A DNA stretch of 64,000 nucleotides from Macrostomum lignano (Eukaryota), in assembly GCA_002269645.1 (NCBI GenBank), contig NIVC01000506.1:186001-250000 (forward strand), given 5' to 3'. Shown here piece after piece: positions 1 through 11,878 of the stretch; position 1 is the stretch's first letter; each line of letters opens with the position of its first letter. Position numbers and translations under genes: made by a program. The notes beneath the pieces are model-generated. The model saw nothing but the letters and a program-made list of their open reading frames with translations, was not told where the DNA came from and ran no database searches.

Positions 1-395
1 AGTGAGGGTGAGGGGCAAATAGGAGGCTTGCTGTGTGCTAAGCCTGTACAGTGGAGACGACTAAGCCAGTTTTTTGTATGGAGCACGCACGCCCTAGCAA
101 ATAGGAAAGTGGTCGAGCCCACACAAACATTCAGCGCAGCTTGCATTTTAGCTGGCTCTGAGCATAGCGCACGGTATCCATGGTCGCGAACTATAGTGTT
201 TCAGAATTAACACTCCACAACTAAAGCCCAGCTACACAAAAAGCTCGACTTAGGTTTATCCTAAGTTTTTGATACTGTCTCTAATAGCTCACTGCAGACC
301 TGATACTCTAGAATTGCCGACGTTCGACTAGCAATAAAACTGGTTGACATTGGCACAGGAGACAAGCAGATGCGGCGACTCCTGCTTCTGAATTA

Positions 396-1616
396 ATGCT
401 TTCTCACGTGCGCTCCATGTCTCCCAGGAGGCTGATACCGCCCCTGGTGCTGCTCGTGATCGCCAGCCTGCTGCTCGGGCTGTATAATTTCGGCTCAAAC
501 GGCTGGCTGCAAGGAATCAAATACCACGATATCGTCCAGTTCGACCAGAGGCCTGCTCCGGATAGCTTTGTACCGCGGGCCGCTATGCCAGCAGTTACTC
601 CTAAGGCTAAGGGATCTGCACCTTTGCAAGGCCTCGACACGGAGGCTCTGCGGCGAAACTTCCCAAAGCTTAAAGAAGCCACAAAACGGCACAGCGGGCC
701 GCACAAGGCCCGCTTGGACCAGATGATGATCAGCTACCTGCCGTTCATCAGCACCAGTGCGTGGATGCTACACAGTCCAAACGGAAAAAAGTTTACTGTA
801 TCGGAAGTTCAAGCTGTATCCAATTCCACAATTCAGCCTGGATTCCAGGTGCCAAACATTGCCCACTTTGTCATGCCGTTCGGCGAAACCAACCTGCAGT
901 TCCACCACATGGTCAGCCTCCTCAGCTGTCTGCACATAATGAAGCCTCACCGTCTGCTGCTGTGGTACGCTCCTGGCAAGCTGCCAAGCGGACAGTGGTG
1001 GGACAGAGTCAGGAAGAATCTGACCGAGTCGGAGTGGGAAGAGAAGATCATATTCGTTCAGAGACCGATTCCCACATCCGTGTACTCGGTTCCAGTTCAC
1101 GGAAAAGAGCACCAAGCAGATATGATGAGAATGGAGGCTGCGCTCGTATTCGGAGGACTGTACATAGACATTGATGTCCTGGTTCTGAAACCGCTGGAGC
1201 CTCTTCGGAAATTCCTTTTCACTATCGGCAGGGAGTTTCCACAGGGTCTATGCAACGGCGTCTTCTTGTCCGCTCCTAGCGGGACGTTTCTGGCGATGTG
1301 GCACACGGCGTACCAGGTGTTTTTCGACGGTTCCTGGAATGACCATTCGGTGTGGCTGCCAAACACCATGCAACCCATTTTCCCGGACCTGTGTCACGTG
1401 GAAGAGGAGAGCATGGACCGGCCGAACTGGACTCCAGAGGAGGTGAGCTGGATCTATGTAAAAGGAAAGCAGAGCAGGTGGGATTGGCGCTCGAAGAACT
1501 ATGTCATGCACCTGTGGTTCCGGAAGTACGGCAAGCAGCACAACATGGACAGCATCAAGACTTTGGACAGCATGTTTGGAGAAATGTGTCGCTTTATTCT
1601 TTTTGGAGCTGTTTAA
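396..1616 (+). CDS. GT32-family glycosyltransferase (alpha-1,4-GlcNAc/Gal transferase-like), copy 1, intact, single exon, type II membrane protein
   Basis: 406-aa ORF. N-terminal hydrophobic anchor (LIPPLVLLVIASLLLGLY). HQADMMRMEAALVFGGLYIDIDV contains the GGxYxDxD motif of GT32. Also GLCNGV and HLW motifs. Confidence 0.85.
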   Translation: MLSHVRSMSPRRLIPPLVLLVIASLLLGLYNFGSNGWLQGIKYHDIVQFDQRPAPDSFVPRAAMPAVTPKAKGSAPLQGLDTEALRRNFPKLKEATKRHSGPHKARLDQMMISYLPFISTSAWMLHSPNGKKFTVSEVQAVSNSTIQPGFQVPNIAHFVMPFGETNLQFHHMVSLLSCLHIMKPHRLLLWYAPGKLPSGQWWDRVRKNLTESEWEEKIIFVQRPIPTSVYSVPVHGKEHQADMMRMEAALVFGGLYIDIDVLVLKPLEPLRKFLFTIGREFPQGLCNGVFLSAPSGTFLAMWHTAYQVFFDGSWNDHSVWLPNTMQPIFPDLCHVEEESMDRPNWTPEEVSWIYVKGKQSRWDWRSKNYVMHLWFRKYGKQHNMDSIKTLDSMFGEMCRFILFGAV

Positions 1617-2904
1617 GTGCACGTTGGATGCTCGATCGTATATCCTTTTACAATTACATGTAGTTCGTAAGCGTAATGCCGCTGGTTCCTTTGCTTTCTA
1701 CGGAATAATTTCCAGTAGTAGCTGACCAATCTTCACAGCTTCGCCGCGACTCTGTCTTGGTAAGGCAAAATCAACTCAGTGGCTTTCCATTATCACACTG
1801 TGCTTGTTTCTGCGTTTTTTACTTTTCCTTTGCTTTTTAGTGCCACGTGCTTTTTCCAACAGAAATATACTCCTGCATGTACATGTGGATATTTTTTTGC
1901 TTTTCGGCCAAAAGTCCAGCGGAGCTGCATGGCATGTGTGAGCTCAAGATAACTTCGATCAAAAGTGTTTTGGTCACTGCTGGTTAAAGATGCAAAGATT
2001 AAAGACCGACAGAGAAACGGAGTTGTCTCAATGTTATCGATAGATAAGCTCATTTACTGTGTCCTGCTACTCACAACACAATTTGCTTAATACGATTAAA
2101 CAAAGTTTCAACAGTAAACATGTAAGCAAGCTCTCGTACCGATACCGATCCACACCTACCCCGAGAACTGCATGCATGCACTGGATACTTAATCGCCTGC
2201 CCATGGGTCTCTTGGACCGGCCCTATACGTTCTTCAGTTTACAAGCGTATGCAGCGCGATTGACGAATGCTACTTGTCGGGTCGGGCGTTAACTCCGGCG
2301 AACTCGATATTTCTGGCCCCCTTCATTTCACCTGTAAATAGAGCTATTCACTTCAGACTCATTGGGACCTGAGGCTTGGGGTTTGGAGAAGGGGCCAACA
2401 AATGTCTTGATCTTATATCCTCTCTGATTGGCCTCTTTGATGTGCAGTTGCATGAAATGGCAACGACTCACAGCACAAATGCCTTGGAAAATTTTGGCTG
2501 CCACATACACATAATGTGGCTCAAACTTATGAAGCTTCAGTTGTCAACAAATATTTTGAGTGCGGGTTGGCCTATGACAAAATCCGGACTCTCATCCATG
2601 GTACTACTAAACTAACGTGCATGTGCATTTAACATGCATGTTCATGTTTGCTGCCGAGTACAAAATAGCGATACCAATTCAATTCGTCCGTGCAAAACTC
2701 GAGGCCATTCTATATACTCGGTGTACCACATCTGGTAGCTCGCCATTGACATGTGAGCTTGGTTAGGGTTTTGCCACCTAGATGAAGATCTAAGCACATT
2801 GCTCTCCAGGATCAGTTGCCTTTGCTGGCCCCCATTGCCTTCCACAGGCGAGTTAAAGCTTACTATGCTCCTACCCTTCCATTTGATGCTCACAATAGAA
2901 CGTT

Positions 2905-3163
2905 CCTCATTCTGCTTTGGCGCCCCTCATTCTGCTTTGGCGCCCCTCATTCTGCTTTGGCGCCCTTCATTCCATTTTGGCGCCCTTATTCTGCTTTGGC
3001 GCCCCTCATTCTGCTTTGGGACCCCTCATTCTGCTTTAGTGCCCCTCATTCTGTTTTTTTGCCCCTCATTCTGCTTTGGCGCCCCTCATTCTGCTTTGGG
3101 ATTGGGACCCCTTATTCTGCTTTGAGACCCCTCATTCTGATTTAGGACTCCTCATTCTGCTTT
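2905..3163. repeat. 20-bp minisatellite (CCTCATTCTGCTTTGGCGCC)n, about 13 units, degenerating to the right
   Basis: 20-bp periodicity visible directly. Confidence 0.95.
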
Positions 3164-4042
3164 CAAATTTGAAACATCTTTTTTAGCGCCCTCATCCGGT
3201 CTTGGCATCTCATTTCTCGTTCTTTTTTTGACCTCTTTCCTACAATTTTGAAGTTAGAATGAAATCCATTACAAGTTGCGAGCTACGGTGTTTATAGTAT
3301 TAGTAATTTAGCTTTGTAGGTAGCATTCATTCAATTTTATATTCAAGCCCACATCAATGCGTTCCTTCATCTGAGGAGGGTTTGGAGTATGAGAGAAAGT
3401 TAATGTACATTGGGCCGCTGGGCGGTTATCAAAAGAAAGGCAGTGTACAGTGGAAGGGCAACACTGTCGGCTGCGATCGTTCACGGGGGAGTGGGGTGGG
3501 TTGCCGACCCCCATGGATCAAAATCCTGGCGCAGTCACATTCACCCCACACTCTGTCCCCCGTGCAACCCCCCCCCCCAGCCCGATGGCCATCTATTTCC
3601 AGTTCGTCTCGTCTCGCTTCCCTCGCGTCAACTGAAAGCGCTTCTCTCTCTTTGGTTTGTGTCTTGTGAATCATTTCTAGTTTTTTGGCTGTCTTCTGCT
3701 GCCTTTAGTAATTCGAGATTCAACTTAAATAGAATAAATAGCTAACAACTCAGCTTTCTCTAGCCGTTACTGTAAAACACTGAATAATAAATAAATGTAT
3801 GAAAGTTCATGGTAATACTTATATTATATTACGATCTTGCCTACATTTGATGCGGAGCAAGTTTTTGTAAACTCAAACCCGGCCTTCGAAATTCGAATAG
3901 AGACCATACTGCAGACAGTTACGGTAAGTCCCACGATCCCACTCAAATTTTGTGTGCTGCTGATATTGCAGGTTTGTTGAATTTTGACAAGTCTAAATTT
4001 GCACATTAAGAGCTCACTGATTTTCTCCGGATGCCTATACGC

Positions 4043-4131
4043 TTCCCAGCCAGACATTTGCCAGTCGAAGTTTCCCAGCCAGACATTTGCCAGTCGAAGT
4101 TTCCCAGCCAGACATTTGCCAGTCGAAGTTT
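4043..4131. repeat. Three perfect tandem copies of a 29-bp unit TTCCCAGCCAGACATTTGCCAGTCGAAGT
   Basis: Direct reading. No spacers between copies. Confidence 0.95.
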
Positions 4132-4368
4132 GCTAGCCGTCATCAAGTTAGTATACAAAAGTACAAGTATATATAATAAATGCAAGTATACAAAAGTACA
4201 AATATGTACTTGTAAATTATAAAACTAGGGCAGCTTAGTTAATACTGGCTGGCAAACTGAGTGGACCAGGTTTTTGGATGGTGAAAAATTGAAACACTTG
4301 CACATGCCGATACTTTGTTGGCTACAAATTGCGGTCATTGTTTTCTCCGCTGCACTCGCAGGCTCGTC

Positions 4369-5539
4369 ATGACGCAGCAATCGCCAAAGCGGCTGCTGTC
4401 CGCTCTGCTGCTCTGTCTGACGCTGGCGCTGCTGGTCAGCCTGTACTACATCGGGCCGCTAATCAGCATTGACAGTGCGTCTGTGCTGCACCGTCAACTG
4501 GCGCTGCCTATTGCCCTTTCTCTATCAGCCGAGCGCAATAGCAGCCCGTTGTACAGTTCTATGGACGTGGAGGCACTGCGCTTGAACTTCGTGCGCCTGC
4601 GTGAAGCAGTGCGACTCCACAGCGGCAGGTACCACAGCCGACTGGACCAGATGATGGCCACCTACCTGCCAGCTGTCGACACCAGCGCATGGTCTCCGCA
4701 CAGTCCCAGCGGCAAGAAGCTCACAATTGAGGAGGTCCATTCCGTGGCGAAGTCGACCATTCAGCCTGGATTTCAGGTGCCAAACATTGCTCACTTTGTC
4801 ATGCCGTTCGGCGAAACCAACCTGCAGTTCCACCAGATGGTCAGCCTTCTCAGCTGTCTGCACATAATGAAGCCTCACCGTCTGCTGCTGTGGTACGCTC
4901 CTGGCAAACTGCCAAGCGGACATTGGTGGGACAGAGTCAGGAAGAATCTGACCGAGTCGGAGTGGGAAGAGAAGATCATATTCGTGCAGAGACCGATTCC
5001 CACATCCGTGTTCTCGGTACCAGTCCACGGAAAAGAGCACCAGTCAGATGTGATGAGGCTTGAAGCTGTGCTCGTATTCGGAGGACTGTACATGGACATC
5101 GATGTCCTGGTTCTAAAACCGCTGGAGCCTCTTCGGAAATTCGTTTGCACCATTGGCAGGGAGGTTCCATACGGCCTGTGCAACGGCGTCTTCATGTCCG
5201 CTCCTAGCGGGACGTTTTTGGCGATGTGGCACACGGCGTACCAGGTGTTCAACGATGAGGCTTGAGCACTCAGTGAAGCTTCCGCACTCGATGCAAGCCG
5301 CCTTCCCGGACCTGTGTCACGTGGAAGAGGAGAGCATGGACCGGCCGAACTGGACTCCAGAGGAGGTGAGCTGGATCTATGTAAAAGGACAGCAGAGCAG
5401 GTGGGATTGGCGCTCGAAGAACTACGTCATGCACCTGTGGTTTCGGAAGTATGGACTTCAGCACAATATGGAAAGCATCAAGACTTTGGACTCAAATTTT
5501 GGTGAGATATGTCGCTACATCTTGTTCGGAATGTACTAG
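4369..5539 (+). pseudogene. GT32 glycosyltransferase copy 2, frameshifted (5-nt deletion near 5263 creating TGA); pseudogene or consensus error
   Basis: ATG at 4369, TM segment, GGLYMDIDV. Copy 4 reads GAGGCT TGG GGC GAA CAC, this copy reads GAGGCT TGA GCA C. The C-terminus continues in another frame to TAG at 5539. 1171+5 nt restores a multiple of 3. Confidence 0.8.
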
Positions 5540-6578
5540 TGCTTTTATATTTTATAAATTTTTGGGACCTGGAGGCTGTAGCTTTTAGTAGACCGCATTT
5601 TTGCTCTGTTTCCTGCATGCTTTGTCCAAACTCGAAACTGATATATAGTTTCTTTTTCCGAGTATGTCATCGGGATGCTATATTTTGTGCTTTGAACCTC
5701 ACCTTGCCCGTTTTTTGTGTCTATAATGAACTCCTATTGGCAGGTGATTGATTGTGTCTTACCCCGCGTTTTACAATTTCATTTTTCCGCATAAGTTCGA
5801 CTTCTGACTGTTGTATGAGCTCACCAACAATTGCTATGCACGGGTTTTTCATCAGCGCAAAGTCTCGTGTTCTGATTTCATTCATTTTTTGCTTAACGTT
5901 TGATTGCCCTAACTGTAAATTTGCAGCATAAGTAAACTCATCGATGATCTCATCTCGCGCGGAAGATTTGAACATGTGCCCGCATTTTGACGTTTATGTG
6001 CGAATACAGCATGTACGAGCGCTTTCAAGTGCTGCTTGTGAACAAATTTACAGGTGAAGTTTCAAAACGGGTTCCAGAAGTTTTACTGTGAGTGCTTGAC
6101 AAGCCAGTAAGTCCCACGCTGCACTCTTGTCATTCGATGGTCGAAATCATTGCGTACGCCTACTAAAAATCAATATATGAGACAATGTGCATGTGGGTTT
6201 TGTCATAGACAATGATAAATTTTTGCTCACTCGTGGCGAAGTTGTCTACCTCCAAAACCATGAATACAATCTACCATATATTTTACTAAAAAACGACGTT
6301 CCGAAAAATCCACGAAGAATGCAAAAACAATTGAAAAATTACCAGAACTTCCATTTGCATTTTTAAACCTTGGCTTGAGTAAAAGAAACTTATAAATTAG
6401 CCTCGCACATGTTTGTCCGAGTTCGAGCCGCGAGCTAAACGAATGCTCGTACGTTTCAACCACGTTCGGAAGTCCAAAAGGTGAGAATTTGTTGGTGTTA
6501 TAAGCTATAAAAACTTTCTGTCTCTCTAATGAATTTCGCAGAGAAAGCGGCCTCCAGAGAAACGATTTGTACGATTTT

Positions 6579-6960
6579 AGGGCGTAGCAACCGGGGCCGT
6601 AGGTTGGTGGTGCCAACGGCTCAGGCTCGATTCCAACAGTCATCAATTATAATATTAATTATTAATCATTAATTATTAGCCAATTAAATTGAAATCTGCA
6701 CTATTGCAGAAATATTGCACTCTGCTCGTGCAATTAGCGCCACTGAGGACCAATCCCTAAGGCACAGTGCAGACTTAATTGTACATGCCTAACGATAAAT
6801 AAAGTCCGGGCCACATGTACACTCCTGTGTCAGTGTGTGCCTGTGCGTATGACTGCGTACGCATCTGCGCGGCTGTGTGCCTGCTCAGGGGAGTCAGCAG
6901 AATAGACAGTGATGCCTCTCACCGGTTGTGTGACAATGTCGCTGAAAGTGCGCCAGGGTG
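6579..6960 (+). mobile_element. tRNA-derived SINE, older diverged copy lacking the 3' tail
   Basis: CAGGCTCGATTCC B-box-like motif. The 6724-6960 body aligns with the reverse complement of 8300-8530 (e.g. CCTGCTCAGGGGAGTC, AAAGTGCGCCAGGGTG). Confidence 0.75.
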
Positions 6961-7519
6961 ATTTTCAAGACTTGAGATACTTTTGAGATAATCGAGAAAT
7001 TGGATCCAGATTCGAGATTCAGCCTAATTTTCATCTAGTAGGCCGGCATATTTACACTTTTCTCTGTATCAATGTTAATATTGGAACTTGTTAAACGTAT
7101 GCATTGATGATAATAGAAAGAAAAACAAAGATTATTTAATTTTGAGCTTGTTAATAACTTGATTTATATCAAATGTAGTAATGTAAGTAAATGATATTGA
7201 ATAACATCGGCAAGCTTCCAGATTGTTTCGCGATATTATTACTATTTTCAAGTTTGAATCGGTGCCAAAACATAGTGCCTCTGAGCACTACTAGATAGAG
7301 CAGTTTATAGTATTAGGTAAATGGAGCAGTAGCAAATTGGTAGATGGAGCAATAGATAGGGCAGTAAAAGTAGCAATAGATGGAACGGTAGATAAGAGCA
7401 GTAGATAGAGTAATTTATAGAGCATTTTCTGATGCCATTTTCTATCTATCCCTTTTGGCATCAGATATCATTTTCTATCATGGCACTGTTGCAGCACCAA
7501 TTCAAAATAGAAAATAATA

Positions 7520-7650
7520 TTGCTTTTGCAGCCCATTTGGGCTTACGCGCTTTGAATTTAATCCAAGATACGTTTGCCAATGTAATGGAGCTTTTGTCTA
7601 TGGTAGAAAGGCTGGCACAGTGGCATTTCATTTGGTCCAACAAGCATCAA
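7520..7650 (-). repeat. Inverted duplicate of part of the transposase relic (matches about 8120-8250)
   Basis: About 125 bp at roughly 85-90% identity by eye to the reverse complement of 8120-8250 (AATTTAATCCAAGATACGTTT, CATTTCATTTGGTCCAACAAGCATCAAT). Confidence 0.85.
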
Positions 7651-7669
7651 TTTGGTCCATAATTTCATT

Positions 7670-8262
7670 TGCAACTGCTGCGGAGGAGCAAGATCAGCCC
7701 CAGAATTGTGGACCATATGCTAGGCTGTCAAACCAATGCCATTGGCTTGCAATTGCAGCACTCGAAAGAGTTGAGAACACCCAAAGAAAATTGCAAGGTT
7801 GCTGAATGTAAGAAATGATGGTTTACAGCATCCAGCAGCGCGTTAAAACTCTGACGGCAGAGATTGCAAGTCACTCGAGAGCCTCAAGTCCAACTGCTAC
7901 TCGATGCAGTTGAGACGAATCCTTTTTTGACGTTTCAGAAAATGCAGCATAAGTTGAGGGAACAGTTCCAGTTGGTTATCAGATTTCGACTATGAGCAGA
8001 AGCGCTGGAAAAGCAACTTAAAATTGTTGGTAGAGACGCTGACATTCCAGCGGTGCGCAACAACCTGCAGACGGTTGAGGAGAGAAGGCAAGAGTTTGTC
8101 CAATGGCTCACGAGTTTAGTATTGATGCTTGTTGGACCAAATGAAATGCCGCTGGGCCAAGCTTGCCATAGACAAAAGCTCCATTGCATTGGAAAACGTA
8201 TCTTGGATTAAATTTAATGCGCGTAGGCCCAAATAGGCTGCAAAAAGCTATATTCGGAAGCA
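7670..8262 (+). pseudogene. Decayed IS630/Tc1/mariner-type transposase
   Basis: Broken frames give GPYARLSNQ..AIAALER..KIARLLNV..MVYSIQQR (first HTH), LLDAVETNPFLTFQKMQHKLREQF (second HTH), RNNLQTVEERRQEFVQWL and GKRI..VGPN. This order matches Tc1-like transposases. Multiple stops and frameshifts. Confidence 0.6.
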
Positions 8263-8278
8263 AACTGATGATCACCAT

Positions 8279-8636
8279 TTTTTTATTAGAGGCAGGGGGG
8301 TTGTGTGCACCCTGGCGCACTTTAGGCGACATAGGCACACAACCGGCGAGAGGCATTACTGCCCATTCCGCCGACTCCCCTGAGCAGGCATACAAGCGCG
8401 CGGATACGTTACGCAGACACACACTCACACAGGAGTGTACAGCGGCCCTAACTTTATCAATTGTTAGGCATGTACATTTCACTGCGCCTTGGGGGGTTGG
8501 CTCTCAAGGCCGTTAATTGCACAGGCGAGCCAAGCCGAAATTCCAATTCAGCCCCAATTTAATGTGGCTGCACTTGGAATCGAGCCTGGGTCGCGGCACA
8601 CCAGAGCAGCTGCGCTACCGCTGGGCTACGGCCCCC
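8279..8636 (-). mobile_element. Full-length tRNA-derived SINE (358 bp) with 12-bp target-site duplication
   Basis: Minus strand starts GGGGGCCGTAGCCCAGCGG (A box) ... GGCTCGATTCC (B box) and ends AATAAAAAAA. TSD GATGATCACCAT at 8267-8278 and 8637-8648. Confidence 0.9.
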
Positions 8637-8993
8637 GATGATCACCATAACAGCATAATATCATAGTCACAAATAGTCATGTAATTTCAAATCTTGGCTT
8701 TTTTCGAGATCTTGAAACTGAAATCCAGATTGAAAAAAGTGCCGAGATCTTACCCGACCCCTAACCACTTCAAAGCACATCTATAAGCTGCGGTGAACGC
8801 TAAAAGCCGTTTAGAATTTCAGATCGCAGGAATATTACTTAGTTTTGCGCAATAGGGACTAAAACATCCCACATGCACATTGTAATTATAATTATAATTC
8901 AATAGCATCAACCTACTCCTTTCTCTTACTGCAGTGCTGCCTGTTCTGTCCAAAGTTCTTGAAACTGACTGCAGACTGCACTCTAGAATTTCC

Positions 8994-9609
8994 TGACATT
9001 CGACTGACATTGGCACCGATTGACATTGGCACCGACTGACATTGGCACCGACTGACATTGGCACCGACTGACATTGGCACCGATTGACATTGGCACCGAT
9101 TGACATTGGCACCGACTGACATTGGCACCGACTGACATTGGCACCGATTGGCATTGGCAACTGACTGACATTGGCACCGATTAACCTTGGCACCGACTGA
9201 CATTGGCACCGATTGACATTGGCACCGGTAGACATTGGCACCGATTAACATTGGCACCGACTAACATTGGCACCGATTAACCTTGGCACCGACTGACATT
9301 GGCACCGGTTGACATTGGCACCGATTAACCTTGGCACCGACTGACATTGGCACCGATTGACATTGGCACCGGTAGACATTGGCACCGATTAACATTGGCA
9401 CCGACTGACATTGGCACCGATTGACATTGGCACCGACTGACATTGGCACCGGTTGACATTGGCACCGATTAACCTTGGCACCGACTGACATTGGCACCGA
9501 TTGACATTGGCACCGGTAGACATTGGCACCGATTAACATTGGCACCGACTGACATTGGCACCGATTAACCTTGGCACCGACTGACATTGGCACCGATTGA
9601 CATTGGCAC
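8994..9609. repeat. 16-bp minisatellite (TTGGCACCGA[C/T]TGACA)n, about 38 units
   Basis: Direct periodicity. Ends about 47 nt upstream of the copy 3 ATG. Confidence 0.95.
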
Positions 9610-9656
9610 GAGAGACGAGCAGGCGCGGTGTCTTCTACTAATGACTTAAATTCTTC

Positions 9657-10873
9657 ATGCTTTCTCACGTGCGCTCCCTGCCTCCCAGGAGGCTGATACC
9701 GCCCCTGCTGCTGCTCGTGATCGCCAGCCTGCTGCTCGGGCTGTATAATTTCGGCTCAAACAGTTGGCTGCAAGGCATCAAATACCACGATATCATCCAG
9801 TTCGACCAGAGGCCTGCTCCGGATAGCTTTGTACCGCGGGCCACTATGCCAGCTAAGGCTAAGGGATCTGCACCTTTGCAAGGCCTCGACACGGAGGCTC
9901 TGAGGCGAAACTTCCCGAAGCTTAAAGAAGCCACAAAACGGCACAGCGGGCCGCACAAGGCCCGCTTGGACCAGATGATGATCAGCTACCTGCCGTTCAT
10001 CAGCACCAGTGCGTGGATGCTGCACAGCCCAAACGGGAAGAAGTTTACTGTATCGGAAGTTCAAGCTGTATCCAATTCCACAATTCAGCCTGGATTCCAG
10101 GTGCCAAACATTGCTCACTTTGTCATGCCGTTCGGCGAAACCAACCTGCAGTTCCACCACATGGTCAGCCTTCTCAGCTGTCTGCACATAATGAAGCCTC
10201 ACCGTCTGCTGCTGTGGTACGCTCCTGGCAAGCTGCCAAGCGGACATTGGTGGGACAGAGTCAGGAAGAATCTGACCGAGTCGGAGTGGGAAGAGAGGAT
10301 CATATTCGTGCAGAGACCGATTCCCACATCCGTGTACACGGTTCCAGTTCACGGAAAAGAGCACCAGTCAGATGTGATGAGGCTTGAAGCTGTGCTCATA
10401 TTCGGAGGACTGTACATGGACATCGATGTCCTGGTTCTGAAACCGCTGGAGCCTCTTCGGAAATTCGTTTGCACCATTGGCAGGGAGGTTCCATACGGTC
10501 TGTGCAACGGCGTCTTCTTGTCCGCTCCTAGCGGGACGTTTTGGCGATGTGGCACACGGCGTACCAGGTGTTTTTCGACGGTTCCTGGGTTGACCACTCG
10601 GTGTGGCTGCCAAACACCATGCAACCCATTTTCCCGGACCTGTGTCACATGGAAGAGGAAAGCATGGACCGGCCGAACTGGACTCCGGAGGAGGTGAGCT
10701 GGATCTATGTAAAAGGACAGCAGAGCAGGTGGGATTGGCGCTCGAAGAACTACGTCATGCACCTGTGGTTCCGGAAGTACGGCAAGCAGCACAACATGGA
10801 CAGCATCAAGACTTTGGACAGCATGTTCGGAGAAATGTGTCGTTTTATTCTTTTTGGGGTTGTTTCAATTTAG
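9657..10873 (+). pseudogene. GT32 glycosyltransferase copy 3, 1-nt deletion at 10539-10542; pseudogene or consensus error
   Basis: Near-identical to copy 1. GGGACG-TTTT-GGCG here versus TTTCT or TTTTT in the other copies. Downstream frame ends TAG at 10873. 1217+1 nt = 406 codons. Confidence 0.8.
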
Positions 10874-11878
10874 ATTGAAGTGCGTTACATCTTTATAGAG
10901 TAAATTTCTTTAATCGATTACACACATACCTACCGACAGACCATTTTTAGTATATGGAATGAAGCAAAGCTAGAAACAAACTAAAACGTTCTCAGTTAAC
11001 GATAAAATGCTAATCTTAAATAGCCTTTAGGCTTTAGGCTTACTTTTACGATGCCAGTATGTCCTGTATGCATGCAGTTTCTAGAGCATCTCTACTTACC
11101 TCATTGAGTTTGTAACGACTATCGATACTCGGTCCTTTATCCAAATGAGATTTCCAGGTGTTGCCAGATCCTGTCTGACATTCCAGAAACAACAAATGTC
11201 AGTAACGAGCTGGGGTTCGGTGGTGAGACTAACCACTACCGATGATTGCAAGCGAGTTACTGTTTTTGAATCCTTCAAAGTTTCCGTTTTCAGTTTTTCG
11301 TTTTCGAGTTTCTTTGAGGCACGTGCGTTCTGGAAGATGTATCATAACGGTTTGTGGTCACTCTCAACAGTCACTTTGTGCCCTCGGCTCCAACAGCTAC
11401 AGAGGAGGCACCAACTACAGAGGTCCCCACGACTGCTGTGAGAAGCGGGTTCCAACGAGCGCTTACCAGTGACTAGATGACTAAGCTTTTCGGCAATCTT
11501 CTTTTGGACGTTTTCAGACGGGAAAACTGACCGCGTTAAAAATTCGTTATCCTAATTTCCTCGCATCCTAACAAATTGATTGATGCCAGTTACATTTATC
11601 TACATGTGCAAAATGTAAACGTACATGTCTATGTAATGGAGGGTATCAAATCTACTGTACTGATGAATGATAACTGGAATGATGCCTACATCAATGGCGG
11701 CGGAAACGCGTGTCAGTTCGGGTGCGCACGTAACTTCTGATTATTCTCAAGTAGAAGGCAGCTGTCGCAGACAGACCGAATTAAGTTGTCTATGACCTTA
11801 GCTTTATGTCTTTATAAGCTAAATATACGAGAGCTGCAGATACGAACTAAGCGCAGCACAGACGGCTATGCCGTAATA

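Noticed and set aside
4043-4131. 29-bp direct repeats of CRISPR-like length
   Set aside because: No spacers, no cas genes, eukaryotic context. The same applies to the 26-, 32-, 37- and 53-bp arrays.
6227-6560. Possible decayed transposase-like frame (TFRKIHEECKNN..FKPW)
   Set aside because: Too many stops and no diagnostic motif that I can support without an HMM search.
8560-8636. tRNA gene
   Set aside because: It has A/B boxes but continues into a SINE body with an A-tail and TSD, and no convincing acceptor stem closes.
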